Numbered from the stretch's first letter, positions 34,952 to 50,600 are shown. The stretch: DNA of 64,000 nt from Chrysomallon squamiferum (GCA_012295275.1 CM022679.1:9362001-9426000); one strand, 5' to 3'. Notes: generated by a model not told the origin, from the sequence alone. Numbers and translations: made by a program.

Positions 34952-36017
34952 ATGTATATATGCGTGTGTGTATATATGTACACAAAGTCATACATACACA
35001 ATTCATACACACACACACACATATATATGGTGTATCTATATACGTACGTATGTACGTTGGTAGGCATGTACATGGGTGGCCAGGCCGTGTGGGCGTGTAA
35101 CAACTGAAAACATGACTCGTCTTTTTTGCGTGTTTCATATGAAATACAAGCTTTGCACAGGCTACCAGGTTACACCAGAAATAGAAGAAACATCTAGAAA
35201 TCTAATGTCACCTCTGGTCACCTCTCTAATATTACAAGGTCGAATCCGGGAAGTAATAAAAACATTTCGGTAGACAATGGTCCAGTATATATAAAACACA
35301 TTGGCTTTCGTTGACTCGGCCCAGAACAGCTCCAGATTTTCCGTAATGCATATCTGTATATTTAATAGGTACAGCGTGAAATGTCTTAAGTTGTTGAATT
35401 CTCTGGGGTTTTTTCTGTTTTTGTTTTTATTTCTCTTTTCTTTTCATCATCATCTTCATCATCTTCATCATTATTATTATTTTCATCAGCTTGATCATCA
35501 TTATCATTAAACTAATTTGATATACAAATAGAAAGATAGAGAAACAGAAAGGTAAGCAGAGAGAGATGCAGAGAGACAGAGAGATGTAATGATAAAACAA
35601 CTCTATTTCTGTCTAAAATTACATTTATGTTAAATTCACCTTCGACCGCAACCACAAAACAGCTATTACAGTTATTCAAATATTAAATTATCATATATAT
35701 ATATGTGTGTGAAAACGGTTCGCCAGTAAAATGAAGTAATTTTACTCATTATTTCTATTACTAGATTCTAAGTCGAAAGTTCAGCACCGGTTACCAGCAT
35801 AAGCTTGTTAACGGGACCGCGGTCGACTGTGTTAAACACCGTAGTGGCATTTCATAACAATTATCAAGAATAATCACTTTTTGTTTGATATATATATTAC
35901 AGCATTGTCTGTTAGATTTAGACTCGCAAGCACACTTTATTAAACAGTTTAAAACATGTATTAGTTGACATATATTTTAAAACAAGAAAAACACCTGGCG
36001 TATTAGCTAACGACTCA

Positions 36018-36195
36018 GATGTAAAACATTTGTCTGATTGTTTGTTTGCGACTCTTAAGCGTACATGTTAAAACAATGTAAAGCATTTCTGTTCTTGTTA
36101 GTTTGCGATTTTTACGCTTACGTTTTAAAACAAATGTAAAACATTTCTGTTTTTGTTAGTTTGCGATTTTTACGCTTACATTTTAAAACAATATA
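36018..36195. repeat. Tandem repeat, about 57-58 bp unit, about 3 copies
   Basis: AAAACAATGTAAA.CATTTCTGTT.TTGTTAGTTTGCGATTTTTACGCTTAC repeated. Confidence 0.85.
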
Positions 36196-36378
36196 AATCA
36201 TTGAGTTTTTTAGTCGATGGAAGGTTATGCTCGTTTATATACTTTTAGCGTTTAAAAAAATGATCGCTTTGCAATAAACTTTGAAATAATTTTGGAATTT
36301 CATGCTTCCGATTCGAAATAAATAAACAAATAAAAGAATAAAGAAATAAATAAACAAATAATAATAATAAATAAAGTA

Positions 36379-36422
<44 letters not shown>

Positions 36423-37014
36423 GTGTATGTATGTATGAATGTATGTATGTATGTATGTATGAATCAATGTATGTATGTATGTATATATATATATATAGAC
36501 ACAACAACAACTATTACAACTACTTTTACTTATAATAATAAAACATTAAAAAAATATATATTATTTTTATCACTATAAAAATCCAAGTAACTACATACTA
36601 CAGAAGTGTCTAACCTGCTATACTGGATCCATATCACTGTTCAAGTATAATTACTGAATATTTAATTAATAAAACGATTAGGAAATATTCTAACATTTTA
36701 CTTCTACTGCTGTATATGCTGGTTAATACACAATAATTATGTAATGCACAACGATTATTGTGTTTTTTTGTTCTGTTATAGTTTTTCTCTTTGTTTTCAG
36801 AATTATTATGTTATTAATGGTATTATGCACAGAGAAATGCTATTCCGCTTTTCACTAATAATAATAATAACAATAAAAACGACAACAATAATAATAATAA
36901 TAATAATTATTATTATTATTATTATTATTATTTTATATAAATCAGTTTTAAAATTCGTTATTTTAAAAATAATTAGAATGACGAACCTTGTGCGTTGATA
37001 TAAGTTTCTACAAA

Positions 37015-37065
<51 letters not shown>

Positions 37066-37692
37066 GAATGAATGAATGAATAAATAAATAAATACATGAA
37101 TATTTAATAAATGAAAAAAACAAAACAAAAAAAACCGGAAAACTTATTAATAAAATTAAATAAATAAATTTAAAAAAAAATAAAAATGAAAAATAAAAGG
37201 AATTACATTTTCTTTGAGTGTTCCTTTAAATAGCAATAACTTATCACACAGACAGCAGATCTAGTGGAACTAACTCGGAAATTCATATGAGTAATCACGA
37301 CTTACTTATTTGAAACATTTACAAGCTCTGTTTTTTACGATAATTACGGAAAGTTCATTGGAGCACTCGGCTGAAATAATTAATGAAACTGAAATGTGAC
37401 ATTGTAACACAGATATGAATGGCTTAGAACTGTGGTTGCAGGTAACAGAGAAAACCACGTGACTTTCTCGACATTTGACACAGATAAAAATATTTAAAAG
37501 CGGTGGGGGTGGTTTTTCCCCCTGTATTTATAATTGTTAAAAAAGTTGCGTGTTATGAATTTTGGGTGACTATTACTAATAGTATTAGCCGACAATAAAT
37601 TTTCCATCATTGTTAATAATTATTTTTTAATTTTCTTGCTTTCTGTTAAAAAAAGCCAATATATAAAATTATTATTATTATTATTATTATTA

Positions 37693-37725
<33 letters not shown>

Positions 37726-38269
37726 AATAATAATAAAAGTACTTTTTTAAACAAAAGGCTTCCAGGCTTTACATTTATCACAAGGCTAACTCCGTCTTTG
37801 AATGTGAATTTTAGCGTATTTTTTTTTTTTTTTTCTTTCTTTCTTTTCTTCTTTTTTTTTTTTTTTTTTTTTTCAAATAGTAAAACTGCTGGAAGTTTGA
37901 ACGAAGTAACTTATAGTAACTAAACACTATACATTTATGATTCAGAGTGAGTCACAATAATAAATGGATATAACAGAATTTGGAAGCTAATGGCTTTTTT
38001 ACGATAAACGTATCTACCTGTAGTATACTAGTCACAAAAAGTTAAGGGCGTATGAAGAAAAAGAGAAAACTCAACAACAAAACTTACTAAAGTCATTGCT
38101 ATGAGTGATAATGCAGTCAAAATGACTTCGCACCACTAAAAGATTGATTGATTTATTTATTATTATTATTTAGAAATACAATATTTTTCAATTTTTATAA
38201 ACTATTTCTGTTGTCTAAGAGCACATTTCATCTCAAACTCAATAATTTATTCGATTTATTTATTGCAAA

Positions 38270-38368
38270 ATTTATTTTTTATTTTATTTTATTTTATTTT
38301 ATTTATTTATTTATTTATTTTTTATTTTTTTATTTCATTTATTTATTTATTTATTTATTTATTTTATT

Positions 38369-38415
<47 letters not shown>

Positions 38416-38485
38416 TTTTATTTTATTTCATTTATTTATTTATTTATTTATTTGTTTATTTATTTATTTATTTATTTATTTATTA
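38270..38485. repeat. (ATTT)n microsatellite
   Basis: Direct reading. Confidence 0.95.
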
Positions 38486-39752
38486 AATCTTATTTTTAAA
38501 ATTATTTTATTCGGTTTTATTTAATTAGTGTATGAGCAGGTTTAAATAGTTTTTGAATGGGTTTTTGGAATGACAATGAAAGCAAGATGTAAACGGGTAT
38601 AGTTTTAAAAGAATGTATCCCTGTATGTTTTTCAGATATGCTACGGTTACTACTGCTTTTTTTTCATCTTTCTGCTGCTATATGCTTTCCATCATTTGAC
38701 TGCTACTACAAAAGACATGGACGACTGTATTAAAAGACATGGACTATAATGTTAAAACTAGTTTGTTCCTGGATCGTTTTGCCACAGAAATTAAATTTTG
38801 TACAGTGGCAAAATTCTCTGGACGTCAATTGAACTGGTCAAATCACACATTTCCGGCTTCCATCATTAGCACTACTACCACCAACACCATCACCACCACC
38901 ACGACAGCTATTATTTGTATTATTATTATTATTATTATTAGAGTCACTTGTTACACTTATCATTATATTTATAATAAGAAATTAAAGGCAGCTGTAAATT
39001 GAATAATAATTTCGAACTGATGACATTTACATGATAATTAACTTACAGTTTAGCGCGAGTGTTAAATTAAAATAATGTGTCTAATGTTAGTCACGAAGAG
39101 TCCAATAGTCATACTTCCAGATGTTTAATGTTTTAATTTTTGTTTTTATTGTCAAAGCGTATGAAATAATGTCACTTCTATTTAAATAGGACATCCAAAC
39201 TATCGTGATGTCTTTTCAGAATATTATTATTACTATTATTGTTGTTGTTGCTGCTGCTGTTGTTATTATTATTATTATTATTATTGTTTTTATTATTAAT
39301 TAGTGATTGTTCTTATTGGTATTGTTATTATTATTTGTTCTTATTATTAGTGGTAACAGTGGTAATAGTAGTAGTAGCTGTAATAGTAGTGATAACTGTT
39401 CGAGTACACACGCACCCAATTTGCATGCAGTTTCGCGTACTGTGTTGGTGGTGATTGGTAGAGTTTATATCGGGCAATAAATAAAAATGTGTAATAAAAA
39501 ACAATTAAAAACAACAACAGCATATTAATTCTAGTTAAATTAATCATTACTCAGATATTTTTTAATATAATGTGAAATGTTTATGATAAAACAAATAATA
39601 TTTTTTCTTATTTATTTATTTATTATAATTATTATTATTTTATTTCTTTTTCAGAAAGGTCGCCTTGATTAATAATTAGTAGTTTTCTGATTTCGATTCT
39701 ATAATTTATTATAAATTTACACGACAAAAAGACAAATTAGAGACTGAACTAA

Positions 39753-39796
<44 letters not shown>

Positions 39797-40439
39797 AACA
39801 ACAGTAATAAATAGATGTTTAATGTTTTAAATTTGTTTTTATATTAATATTAATAAAGAATAAATAAATATATATATGATTAAACTGTTAAAATGGCTTA
39901 ATATTATTACACAGACAAAATAGAAATTAATTAGTTTTGAACAAAAATATATTCACAAATACATTCTCATTCTATGCCGCATTTGATAGCTTTAGATAAG
40001 ATAATAATCATGAGAAAACATAAACGACGACAAAATACTACAAAAAGGCATTTTATTTATATTACTCTGTATTGTAAGCTATTATTCACTTACGTCCTTG
40101 GCAGAACAGTTTCTAAAACGCACCCGCGCAAACTCAGCGCCAAAACCAGCCCCAGCAGAATTTCTTAACGCAAACTTTAGTAAAGCCTAAAATTTTACAT
40201 TATGAAAATGTGTTATAATAATATGTTTCAATTATTATCTCATAATGAGACAAAAAGGCACCATTTAAACACACATATGGTTAAGGATATAAATAAATAC
40301 ATACACAAATAAATGTTCTTATGAGCTACTTTTTTTTCTCTTTTTTTTGACACATTTACTGCTTGTCCTGCAAGTATTAATTATTTACTAAAACAAACTG
40401 GTTCCCACGCCTGTAATCCCTCTTTGTTCGAGTATTTCT

Positions 40440-40598
40440 CTGACAATATATTAGCTACATGGGTGAGCGGAATGTGTGTTTAGCGGCTTCTCCTTTGTTC
40501 TCGCTTTCTTTTGTTCTTTCAAACATTTACCTAAGTGGTCATCTGCCGCCATACATGAGGAACTTAACGTAGCCCTTTAAGTGCGGTGACAAGGCCAG
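40440..40598 (+). promoter_or_regulatory. Candidate Lgl promoter and non-coding first exon
   Basis: CpG-containing segment with a pyrimidine-rich stretch, a YY1-like CCGCCAT and a CAG|gtacga donor at 40598/40599; the ATG exon starts after ttgcag at 41075. Confidence 0.5.
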
Positions 40599-41089
40599 GT
40601 ACGAAAAAACGAGACACAATATAGTTCGTATAATATACAGCTGTTAAAAAGAAACAATAAAAAAAGTAGATAAATTTCATATATACAGTAATTAATATCT
40701 ACAGATATATTATACATAAATGATGTTTAGAAATGGTCGTTACGACAGCATTGTTGATAAAGCAACACCGTTATCGTACATCGGCGCATGAATACAACAC
40801 TGTCCCAATTGTTGAGCGCGTTTTGAATATTAAGGTACAGCTTATGTTATAATTAGACATTTTTTTGTAATACATTGTTTTGATAGGTATTAGTTTTGTG
40901 ACATCTTCGCCTGGATAAGTAATCGTGCATTCTGAACTGGACATAGTCAGCAGCGTAACCAGAAATACAAGCACCTGCTGATGCCACGGCTAGAGGAAAA
41001 TAATTGTAATTTTTTGTTCTTAACGCACGCAAGAGCTCAGAACTGTCTACATTAGTCTCATCGGTTTGTTGCAGGAATAGGAGAGCATC

Positions 41090-41173
41090 ATGTTCAAATT
41101 TTTTAAAAAGCATCCCCCGAAAGAAGGAGAGGACAGAGACAAGCTGAAGAAGGAGCTGTTCGGATTCAGGAGG
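41090..41173 (+). CDS. Lgl coding exon 1 ([28 protein letters not shown])
   Basis: ATG at 41090; AGG|gtaagt donor. Confidence 0.9.
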
Positions 41174-41616
41174 GTAAGTAACAGTAAAAGTAAAAAAAAA
41201 AAAATTCTTTAATAAATTTAAGGAAGCGGCCATATTGAATTTGGTGACGGATGAGTCATACGTAGAACACTTGAAACGCCGGCATGTTAAATTTGTATTT
41301 ATTATTAATTTTTTTAAAGTTAAAAATATTCACGGAATTGTAACTGATATCTCTTTGTACGATACCAGTGAGGTAGTCCCTGCCGTCGTAATCGATATCA
41401 CATTATCAGATACCAGCCAGCGAGTACTTGGCCTTAGGCCCACCACCAGTTGCCCCCCTTCGTTTTTTCCCATAAAATAACAGATTTATTTGATAGGGTT
41501 AAGTGTAATAAAAACTCTAATGAATAGTGATACATATTTTATCACTTTATATATTTTTAAAAATATAATTATATTTAACACAACGTTAATAATAGTTTTA
41601 AAATTTTTTATTTTAA

Positions 41617-41649
<33 letters not shown>

Positions 41650-44600
41650 ATTTTTCATTATTATTATTTTTTTTTCTAACATTTTTAAATACCATAATTG
41701 TGTAGTTAATCAAAGTTAATGAAATGCAGGATCATTGTTGCATTAGCTGACAAATTAGGTTTCTGTGACATAGGCTAGTTCATAATCATATGATTCACAG
41801 ACAAATTAAAATATGTCATTTATCATAAAACCATCAAGCAGGTAAATTTATCACCTGTCTTTCTTCAGCAGTAAATCTATATTCAATAACATGATTCACT
41901 TTTAAACTTTGCTACAACAGATTCAATAAAGGTAACTGGGTAGCTGAAAAAGATTACCAATTTTATATGTATATTGCAATGATTTATGTGGTTCCAAGTT
42001 CAAAAAAACGTGTTAAGTAAACATTTTCTTGATGTTAAAGTACAGGTTAAGTGTTAAAAAAAAAAACAAATTTCCGTTATGATTCATTGAAACTACTGCA
42101 GACAGTTTTTTTCTTTGATTTGTAAAAACTGATAATAATTTTATACAGAAAGTTTTAAGAGGAAAAACTGCTCAAGCTCAGCTTGCAGAACAGTTTATTT
42201 TATTGTATAATTTATTAATACATCCTCAAATACAATGTGTGTATAAACATGTTTTGACTTTGTATTACGTTTCTTGAAAAACACTGTAATATTTATCCAA
42301 GGAATCAAGTAAAGATTAACAAAACAAAGCAATATAAAAAATTTCAGAGTGCCCCTATTGAGAATAAATAATTTGCAAGACATTTTCTATGGAGGTATAA
42401 ACAAAGTGATATCCAGTTCAACTGTAATAAGATCAGTGGTTCATATTCCATTGATCATGAACACAGAAATATTTTATACTAGTTCTTTGAATATTATTTA
42501 ATTTTAAGCATATCTATGTATGTATAATAAGCATTTCTGTAATATTTATATCAATTTACAGTAGTACACACCTTATTTATTTTTTAATCACTATTACTAT
42601 TTTTAAATATTGTTTCTTGTTTTCAGTATTCAGTTGCATATCTATGTTGTTATTTAATTTTCAGTGTGTGGAGCATGGATTCCCAAGCAAACCAAGTGCT
42701 TTGGCTCATGATCCTAAACTGAACTTGTTAGCAATTGGAACCAAATCAGGAGTTGTTAAAGTGTATCCTTTAAAAAAAATAAAACCAATTAGGTAGTGTT
42801 TTAAGTAGTTTATTTTTGCTAAGTACATGTTATTTGATAGTAATTAAAATGTGTATACATGCCCACCCATGCATACAGTCTGTGTAGAAAATAAACATGG
42901 AATTTGTATCTATCCATCTTACTATATTCTAAAATCCTATTTCAGATAAAATATGCCTAACTTTGTCTTAATATGAAACAATGTTCAATTTCAAAATACA
43001 GTAAATAATAGATTTTTTTTTTTTTAAAGTGAAATTGTGAAATAATGATTTAAAATAATAGTGAATAGTCTTCTGTAACAGATTTATTATTTTATTTTAT
43101 TTTATTTTATTTTATTATTTTTTATTTTATTTTATCATTATTATGGGTTTTTTTTTTTTTACACATTTCCTGTTTGGTTGTAACGGCAGAGAGGTGTCAA
43201 GTTACAAGAGTTTATTTCTACAAAGTGGGAGTTACACGCTCATGTTACACTTCACTCTACAACTTTCACTGGCTTGGCAAACAAATCTATGCCATATATG
43301 TGTAGTAACCTAATTAATCATAGTTGTGACATAATTGTGCAGGATGTCTTGTCTAACACACTGACATTGTTTTGGGGTGATTCAGATAACCCTAGGTTGG
43401 CTTTATATGGTACTAGAACAAATCTTGAGTGTATTTGTTAAATGGGAAGTACAGAATTCTGAATACTGGGAAAATTGGATTAAAACATGAATATTAGAAG
43501 TGGAAACGAATGGATGGACACAAAGCTGTTCAGTTTCAGCATTTCTGACACAAGCTAATCCAGATAATAACTTAAATGTCTTCATAAAATTATTCATTTT
43601 TCATTCCTCACATAGCTTACAAATCACCTCACCAAACACAATGTTTGCATTCACATTTTTCTTTTTATTTCCATAACGTTTTAAGTCTATAAATAAAATA
43701 ATCTTCTTCAAGGATTATCTTTGCTAAGGATAATTAACTTTATTTGTGGTTAGAACCAATAGGATTATTTTCTTTTAAGCTGGAATTATTATTGCATTGC
43801 TGTCATTATACTTGGGTAGTTTTTTTTTTTTTTTTCTTCTTTTTTTTTTTTTATGGAAAAATAAATTAAAAATAATTAAAATAAAATAATAAATAATTTT
43901 TTATATATTTTAAAGCTTTTCATTTTATTCAATTTGATAATTTAAGTTATAAATCCACAATAATGTGAAATGCAGATTTTAAGTTTTTGTCTGTTTGTAA
44001 ATTATTCATTTCTAATTTATTCTGGGACCAAGGGCTAGTCTACCACATCATTTAATCAGATTATTCAAGCTGTACTTATGACATAACTTCCATTTCCTTT
44101 GTTATCTGCAGATTTTTTTTTTGTATACTTGTTAACATCACAGGTGAAAAAGCCTGTGAATGGATTGATTGATATAATAGCAGTGCTTGTAGCAACACCT
44201 GTTCTCACCTGCCTGTTTGATCATTAGAACGTGTTTGTTAATGTTTTTGTCTGCTTGTATCTGGTAATTTGAAATAAGAGTGGACGATGGGCAGGCAAGC
44301 ATCACATGAAATGGTTCTGATAAATTTTTATTAGTCATTGTTGGTGATTAAAATACAATAGGATGGAATAAAATAAATTGGTGTTTTCTTGTACATTTAT
44401 CAGTAAGCAGATAACAGTATAAATAAAAAAAATACTGATTTTTATTTTCAAAAACACTTTTTAAAAATTAATTTATTTAATTTCTTTTTTTTTTTTTTTT
44501 TTTGACAGAAGCAAATTGTAGTACTATATAAATTATGGGAATCGGCATGTAAATTGTTTAGTTTTGAAAGATAATTAATAGATTAAAACAAAAAGTTAAA

Positions 44601-47600
44601 AACAAAAAATCTCACCAACAATGAATCTTGAAATTTTTAAAGAATTTTCAGTCAGTTAAACTTTTGTCTGTTTTTCAGTGAGCAATTTATTAAATACTTA
44701 AATACATGCATTCCGGTCTGTGGGAAGTCGCACATTAATAATAATTTGTTGGTAATTTTTTTTAAAAAGCACTTCACTGCTTGGTAGCAACATATTTCCT
44801 CACTCATTATCTGAATAGTTCTTTGCAGTAAGTCTGGAAATACAAGTCACAACAGTAATAATAGATTAAACTATGCTGTTGAATAAAACATTTCTTTATG
44901 CACTTAATACATATAGGTTACATTCTACTTACTGTGAGAATTTCATGACTCATGCAGACAAATCACACTCAAAGTGGTGTTCAGTAGTTTCGGACAGAAT
45001 CTAGGTTAATTACTTTGTAGTGGAATAATTTGTATCAACATGGACAGAACTGCTTAACACAGTATTACAATGTACTTCATTACAGCTATACAGTATGAAA
45101 TATAATTCTGTATATAAAGTGATACAATGTACCAATACAAGAATAAAGTAATAAAATGTACAGTTTAATACTATGTATTTCAGAGAAAGCTTCAATTAAC
45201 AATATACCAATGCAAGCATAAACTAATACAGTGTATTTTAGTGTAAAAACCCCCAATAATAATAAAAACATTGAATATTGCAATTCAGATATAAACTTAA
45301 TACAATGTGCCAGTGCAAGTGGGGGAATCACACAATGTTCCAGTGCATGTATTAACTAATGCAGTATATTTCAGTGAAAGTATAAAATTAATTTAGTGTA
45401 AACAAACATTGTAATACCTCTGGATTTTGTACATTATGTTGCCATGATTGTATTATAAAATTTGCTTTGCAACACTTTAAATTTTGATGATGAAATTGAA
45501 GCTGAGTAAAATCCTTTTTTTCCTAGACTAGTGGGGAAAATGAAAGTTTTAGTGAGAGGAGAAGTCTTAATTTGTGTCAGGGGATAAATGAGTCCATTGG
45601 TAAGTTGTTGACCAGGGACTGATGATAATGAACGATCAATTTGGCCATTTCCTATTATGACAGCCTTGGCAAAGTTCAGATAAAGGTTAAATTTTGGCAG
45701 CAGAAAAATATAGCATACTTGTGTCATTTTGTATGTGGGTGTTAAAATCATGATAAAAGGGTAAAAACAATAATAAATATTAATTATAATTAACAGTAAA
45801 CCAAAGCAGAAATTATTCCAAAGACATCAGGTGCCACTTTCTGTATTTGTTCATGCAGTAAAGCAATATAGATTTTTAAAAATAAATATTGTTTCCATAT
45901 ATAGATAATATAAAGCAGCCTGTTCTTTGTGATTCTGCTTGATGATCATAGTCTTTGTCATCTGTTTTATCTTCTCATCATTGATTTTCAGCATTTTCAG
46001 CTCTGATTATTTTTCATTGTCATTATGTACAATACGTAATTACATACAATTGTTTTGTTATCATTACTGGTTAGAACTTAATTGCTTTGAGAGTGAGTGT
46101 ATTTTCACCAGTTTAAACTGCACATTGTAAAATTTTATATTTTCACTAATGTTATTTTACATTAGCCATTTAAGTCTTCAACAAAACCGGATTACACACA
46201 AATAATAGTAAATTATTTATTACAAAGATACATTGACACACAGAAGTGTTAACTATGTTGTACATATTTTTCCCTCCACACTGAAGTTGAAGAACTGTAT
46301 AATACAATGTTTTCACCTTAATGTATTTCTTTGTTACAGAATGTTACTAAAATAGATAGGGACTATAATTACGCTGTTCTGTATAATATAAAAAAAACAT
46401 TAACATGATTGCACTTCCTTGACATTTAAAAGTGTAGGAGCTCCAGGTGTGGAATTCTCTAATCAGCACACACAAGATGTTTCAGTGGTCCAGCTCTTCT
46501 TTCTATCTGAACAGGTAAGAATTAATGTATTGTTTAATTATAAATTAATCATGTTATATGTTATATTCCTGTCTGGAAATGCAAAAGTGTTTTATTGTTT
46601 TATAAAATGTTGTTGTGGTTGGTATTTATTTATTTATTTATTTATTTATTCTTAAAAAACAACAAAAAAAACATATATTTGAAAATACTTTTTTTTAAGG
46701 GTATACCTTTATCTAATAGTTTAATTGATGTTTCATCAATTTCATTCTGTTGGTCTGTCTATGTCTTCATCTGTATCCAGAGGTTACAGATTATCTTCAT
46801 AGCACATATATATTAGTGAATATATTTCTCAGTAAATAAATTAAGTTCATGTGTTCAATTTGACAATGTGTTTTTTATTCAGGCCAGACTTATTAGTTTC
46901 TGTAGTGACAACACCCTTCACCTGTGGGAGATCAATGTCAGGAATGGAAACTCTGTTCTGGAAGAGGTTAAAGAATTTTCCATGGAAAACAAGTGAGTAG
47001 CTGTTTTACTTACCATGGTAACTCTCAGTGTTAAATTATTTCACTTAGAAGAAGATGATGGGCCAGTTAATAACAAAACAACTGAACATTTTAAATGTCA
47101 TTATCTTGTAAAACAGTATCTGTCTGACTCACTTTATGTATGAAGAACATTAAAATTTAGGGAAGATATTGAAATTCATCATTTTATTTCATATTTATAT
47201 ATTTCTGAGTTGACAAGGTTGAAGTATATTTTTAAAGATTATTTTATAGATGAAATTGGCTAGAATGGACTTTACTTTAGAATACTTCAGGCAAATGGCT
47301 GTGAATTTATCAGCAAATCTCACTGGTAGTGGTACTTAAGATGAGAGTGCTACATTTTACTGTTATTTTTATAATACATCAGTATGCATTAACTGCACAG
47401 TATGGTTTGTTTTTGTTGTTTGCATGCAGTGTATCACTATCAATATTTCATTGTCGTTTGCAGTAAAACTAAGACCATCTCAACGTGCTCTTTGTCTCTG
47501 AATGAAGAATATCTGTACATGGGCACAGAGGGAGGCAATATCCACATACTGAACATTTCCACCTTCAAGCTGGAGGAGCAGGTCGTCTACCAAGATGTGG

Positions 47601-50600
47601 TCATGCAAAAGTAAGTTGTCTGGATCCTTAATAAATATCATGTACAGTAAAAGACCTCAACAGCACACAGCAAGAATTACACGTTATGTTACATACAGTT
47701 CAGGTGCTGAAAATGAACTCCATAAGAAAAAAAGTGTACATTTTACAGGCTCTGTTTCATGATGAACTATTCCATAGATGTCATGCAACTACTGAATTTG
47801 TAACATTTTAATTTTTGGCAGTCTTAACTTTTGGCAGTGAAGAACAGCTGACAGTAATTACTGTATGGAAATGTAAGTTTACACAATTATGTAATGAATT
47901 TCTTTATTTTACAGTGTTCCAGATGATTTCAAAGTGAATCCTGGAGCAGTAGAGGCCATTGCAGTTCACCCTACAAACAAAGACAAGGTAACAAAAATGT
48001 CATCATTGGATGAGTGTTTGTTCTGTCCTTTTTCTGAGAAAAATATATCTCTATTCAAATTTAAAATGTTAAGGAAGTGTTCTGTGCATGCTTATTTGCC
48101 TGTTGTAATGATGTGGGTGTGAAATGATTTATTTTTATAAATTTCTAAGCATTTTTCCAGTTGTTTTTTCCTTATGAAACCTTTCCAGTTTATGATGATT
48201 CTTGGCTTATCTGTTTATATAAAAGAATAACTAAATGAGATCATTACCAAGTATAAGCATCTGCTGATTAATTTTTACATAACTGAAGTCTGAATATTAA
48301 ATAGATAGACTGGATCTTGCAGGACTGTCTTTATATGAATACTTATTTAGACATTAATTTTACTAAATAATGACTTCAGCAGCTGAATCTCATCACTGGC
48401 TTAGAACATAACAGAGCAGCAATGAAAAGCACTCGATATGTATTTGACCCTTTCACCCATAATGACATGAACTGTATTCACCTACCCTTTGGCTTCCTGT
48501 CACAAAAGTGCCTGACTGCATACTTCAGTAATTTGTTCATCTGTAGGAAAACTGAAGTAATGGGAAATCAGTTTTTATTTAATTACTGGGAGTGTTCTTG
48601 CTTTTGGAAATGAATTTTTAAAAATCAAACATGAATATTTATAACTATGGTTGTTTCCTTCATTATAGATTTCTTTCTAAAATGATTAATGGGGACATTT
48701 ATGGTCAGAACATTCAGTTCACAGGAATAATTCCATCAGAAAGTCATTTATAACTTTTTTCCTTATACCAGCACAATAAAAATGTAACAAAAATATATAT
48801 ATATATATATATGTATGTATTTTCATGTTCTATGGCTTTTTAAAAAATTTTGTTCTCCCCCTTTTTATTTCAATACAAACACTTGGATCTATGATTTGCA
48901 TTTCAAATCGGCAATTGATCACCTGTTTATCAGACAAGGAAATTAAATTGATTTGTATATTTAAAGTTCTGAAATACTGGCACATAAGCACTCTGTTGGA
49001 GTTCAAAGGGCAATGAGAAAATTTTAAAAATTGTAGTGAAAATAATTAAACTAATTACAGGAAGACCAAAGCCAAAATGGGTGTTAAAACAAACTGTTCA
49101 TTGTTAATCATCAGAATCTATAAATTAAATTTGTAATTAAAAACATAATTAAAAATAAATAAATCAGCAAACCCTGCTTTTGATGTTTATAATGTGTCAA
49201 CATTGCAAATTTTCCTTTGTTAATTTGATTCTTTGATGTTGAATACCCTTTTTTTTCATAGTAAAGATGCTAGTGATAGAGCTAAACATACAAAAGCTAT
49301 TATACAAAATATAAACTTGGAAAAAATCTCCTGATGGTGATATATGATTGTATTGCAGTTTCTAATTGGTTACAACAGAGGTTTGGTTGTTCTGTGGGAC
49401 AACAAAGAAAGTAATGCTGACCAAACATACAATGCCACACAGGTAAGACACTATTTGTTTTCAAATATCTTTTTTATATTCTAAAATTTTTTTATTATTC
49501 CTTGTAGAATTTGCTTATAATTTACCAAGTATCAAAATGTTAAAAAAAAAGAAAAAAAGTCAGTAGTTCACTTATTATCTCTGAAATCAGATAATACAGA
49601 AATACGTTTTTTCATGTAATAATAATAATAGTAATAAGTGTTACACAAAATTGTTATTATCATCATGATTATCATCATCATCATTATCATTACATGATTC
49701 GCAGCAGTTGGAAAGTCTTTCGTGGAACCGCAATGGTGAACTGTTTATGAGTGCTCATGCTGATGGCAGCTACATTGTCTGGAGTTCAACTGATTCAGCA
49801 GCTCCAAAAGAACCATCAACCACTCCATATGGTAAGTTAGCCAGCCATTAACAGTGGCCACCATGTCAACCAGTCATTTTAATATTTAAAAAAAAAAAAA
49901 AATTATTTTATTTTTAATTATTAATATTTTAAGACAATTTTTAATTATTTTAAGATAATTTATATATGATGAAAGATCATAAATGTGTTGACACAGCATT
50001 TGTACTGGTAGTGGATACATAATTTTGTTTTTCCCTCTATAACAGTTATCTAACCTTTTAGAGTTATCTTCTCTTGTTCCAGATAAAGAACATTAAAAGC
50101 GTTAAGAACTGTCGAAATTATTTCTTAAATATTTCATTTTTAAAATTATTTTTGATTTAGCACTATTATCACAAATGTTATTTGTCCATTTTTACAGAAG
50201 AAGTAAATGTTAGAAAATTACAGATATTTTAATTAATCTTCTTTTATTTTTTTTTTTTTTTTCAGGACCATTCCCATGCAAGGCTATCAGCAAATTGGTG
50301 TGGAACACTGCTAAAGCGTAAGACAGTCTTAAATTAATCTGGTTTTAAAGAGTCAGCGGTTTTTTTGAGCTTTTTCTTAATTTTTTTTTTTAATTTTTGT
50401 AAATCCTAGATTTGACATATTTATTATTAAGTAATTGTTTTAAGGTTCTGACATTTTATTTCTTATTTAAAATTTATGATCATTTCCAAAAATCTTTATT
50501 TTTCAGAGATCCCTTCATCATATTTTCCGGAGGCATGCCACGAGCCAGCTATGGAGAAAAGCACACAATCAGTGTGATGCAGGCTGAGAACCATGTTGTG

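Noticed and set aside
37205-37230. GAGTGTTCCTTTAA resembling a TTAA-targeting (Kolobok/piggyBac-like) transposon end
   Set aside because: I found no matching opposite terminus in the window.
40771-41480. ORFs of 67-126 aa around the Lgl start
   Set aside because: They are antisense or intronic readings of a CpG-rich promoter region with no recognisable protein features.
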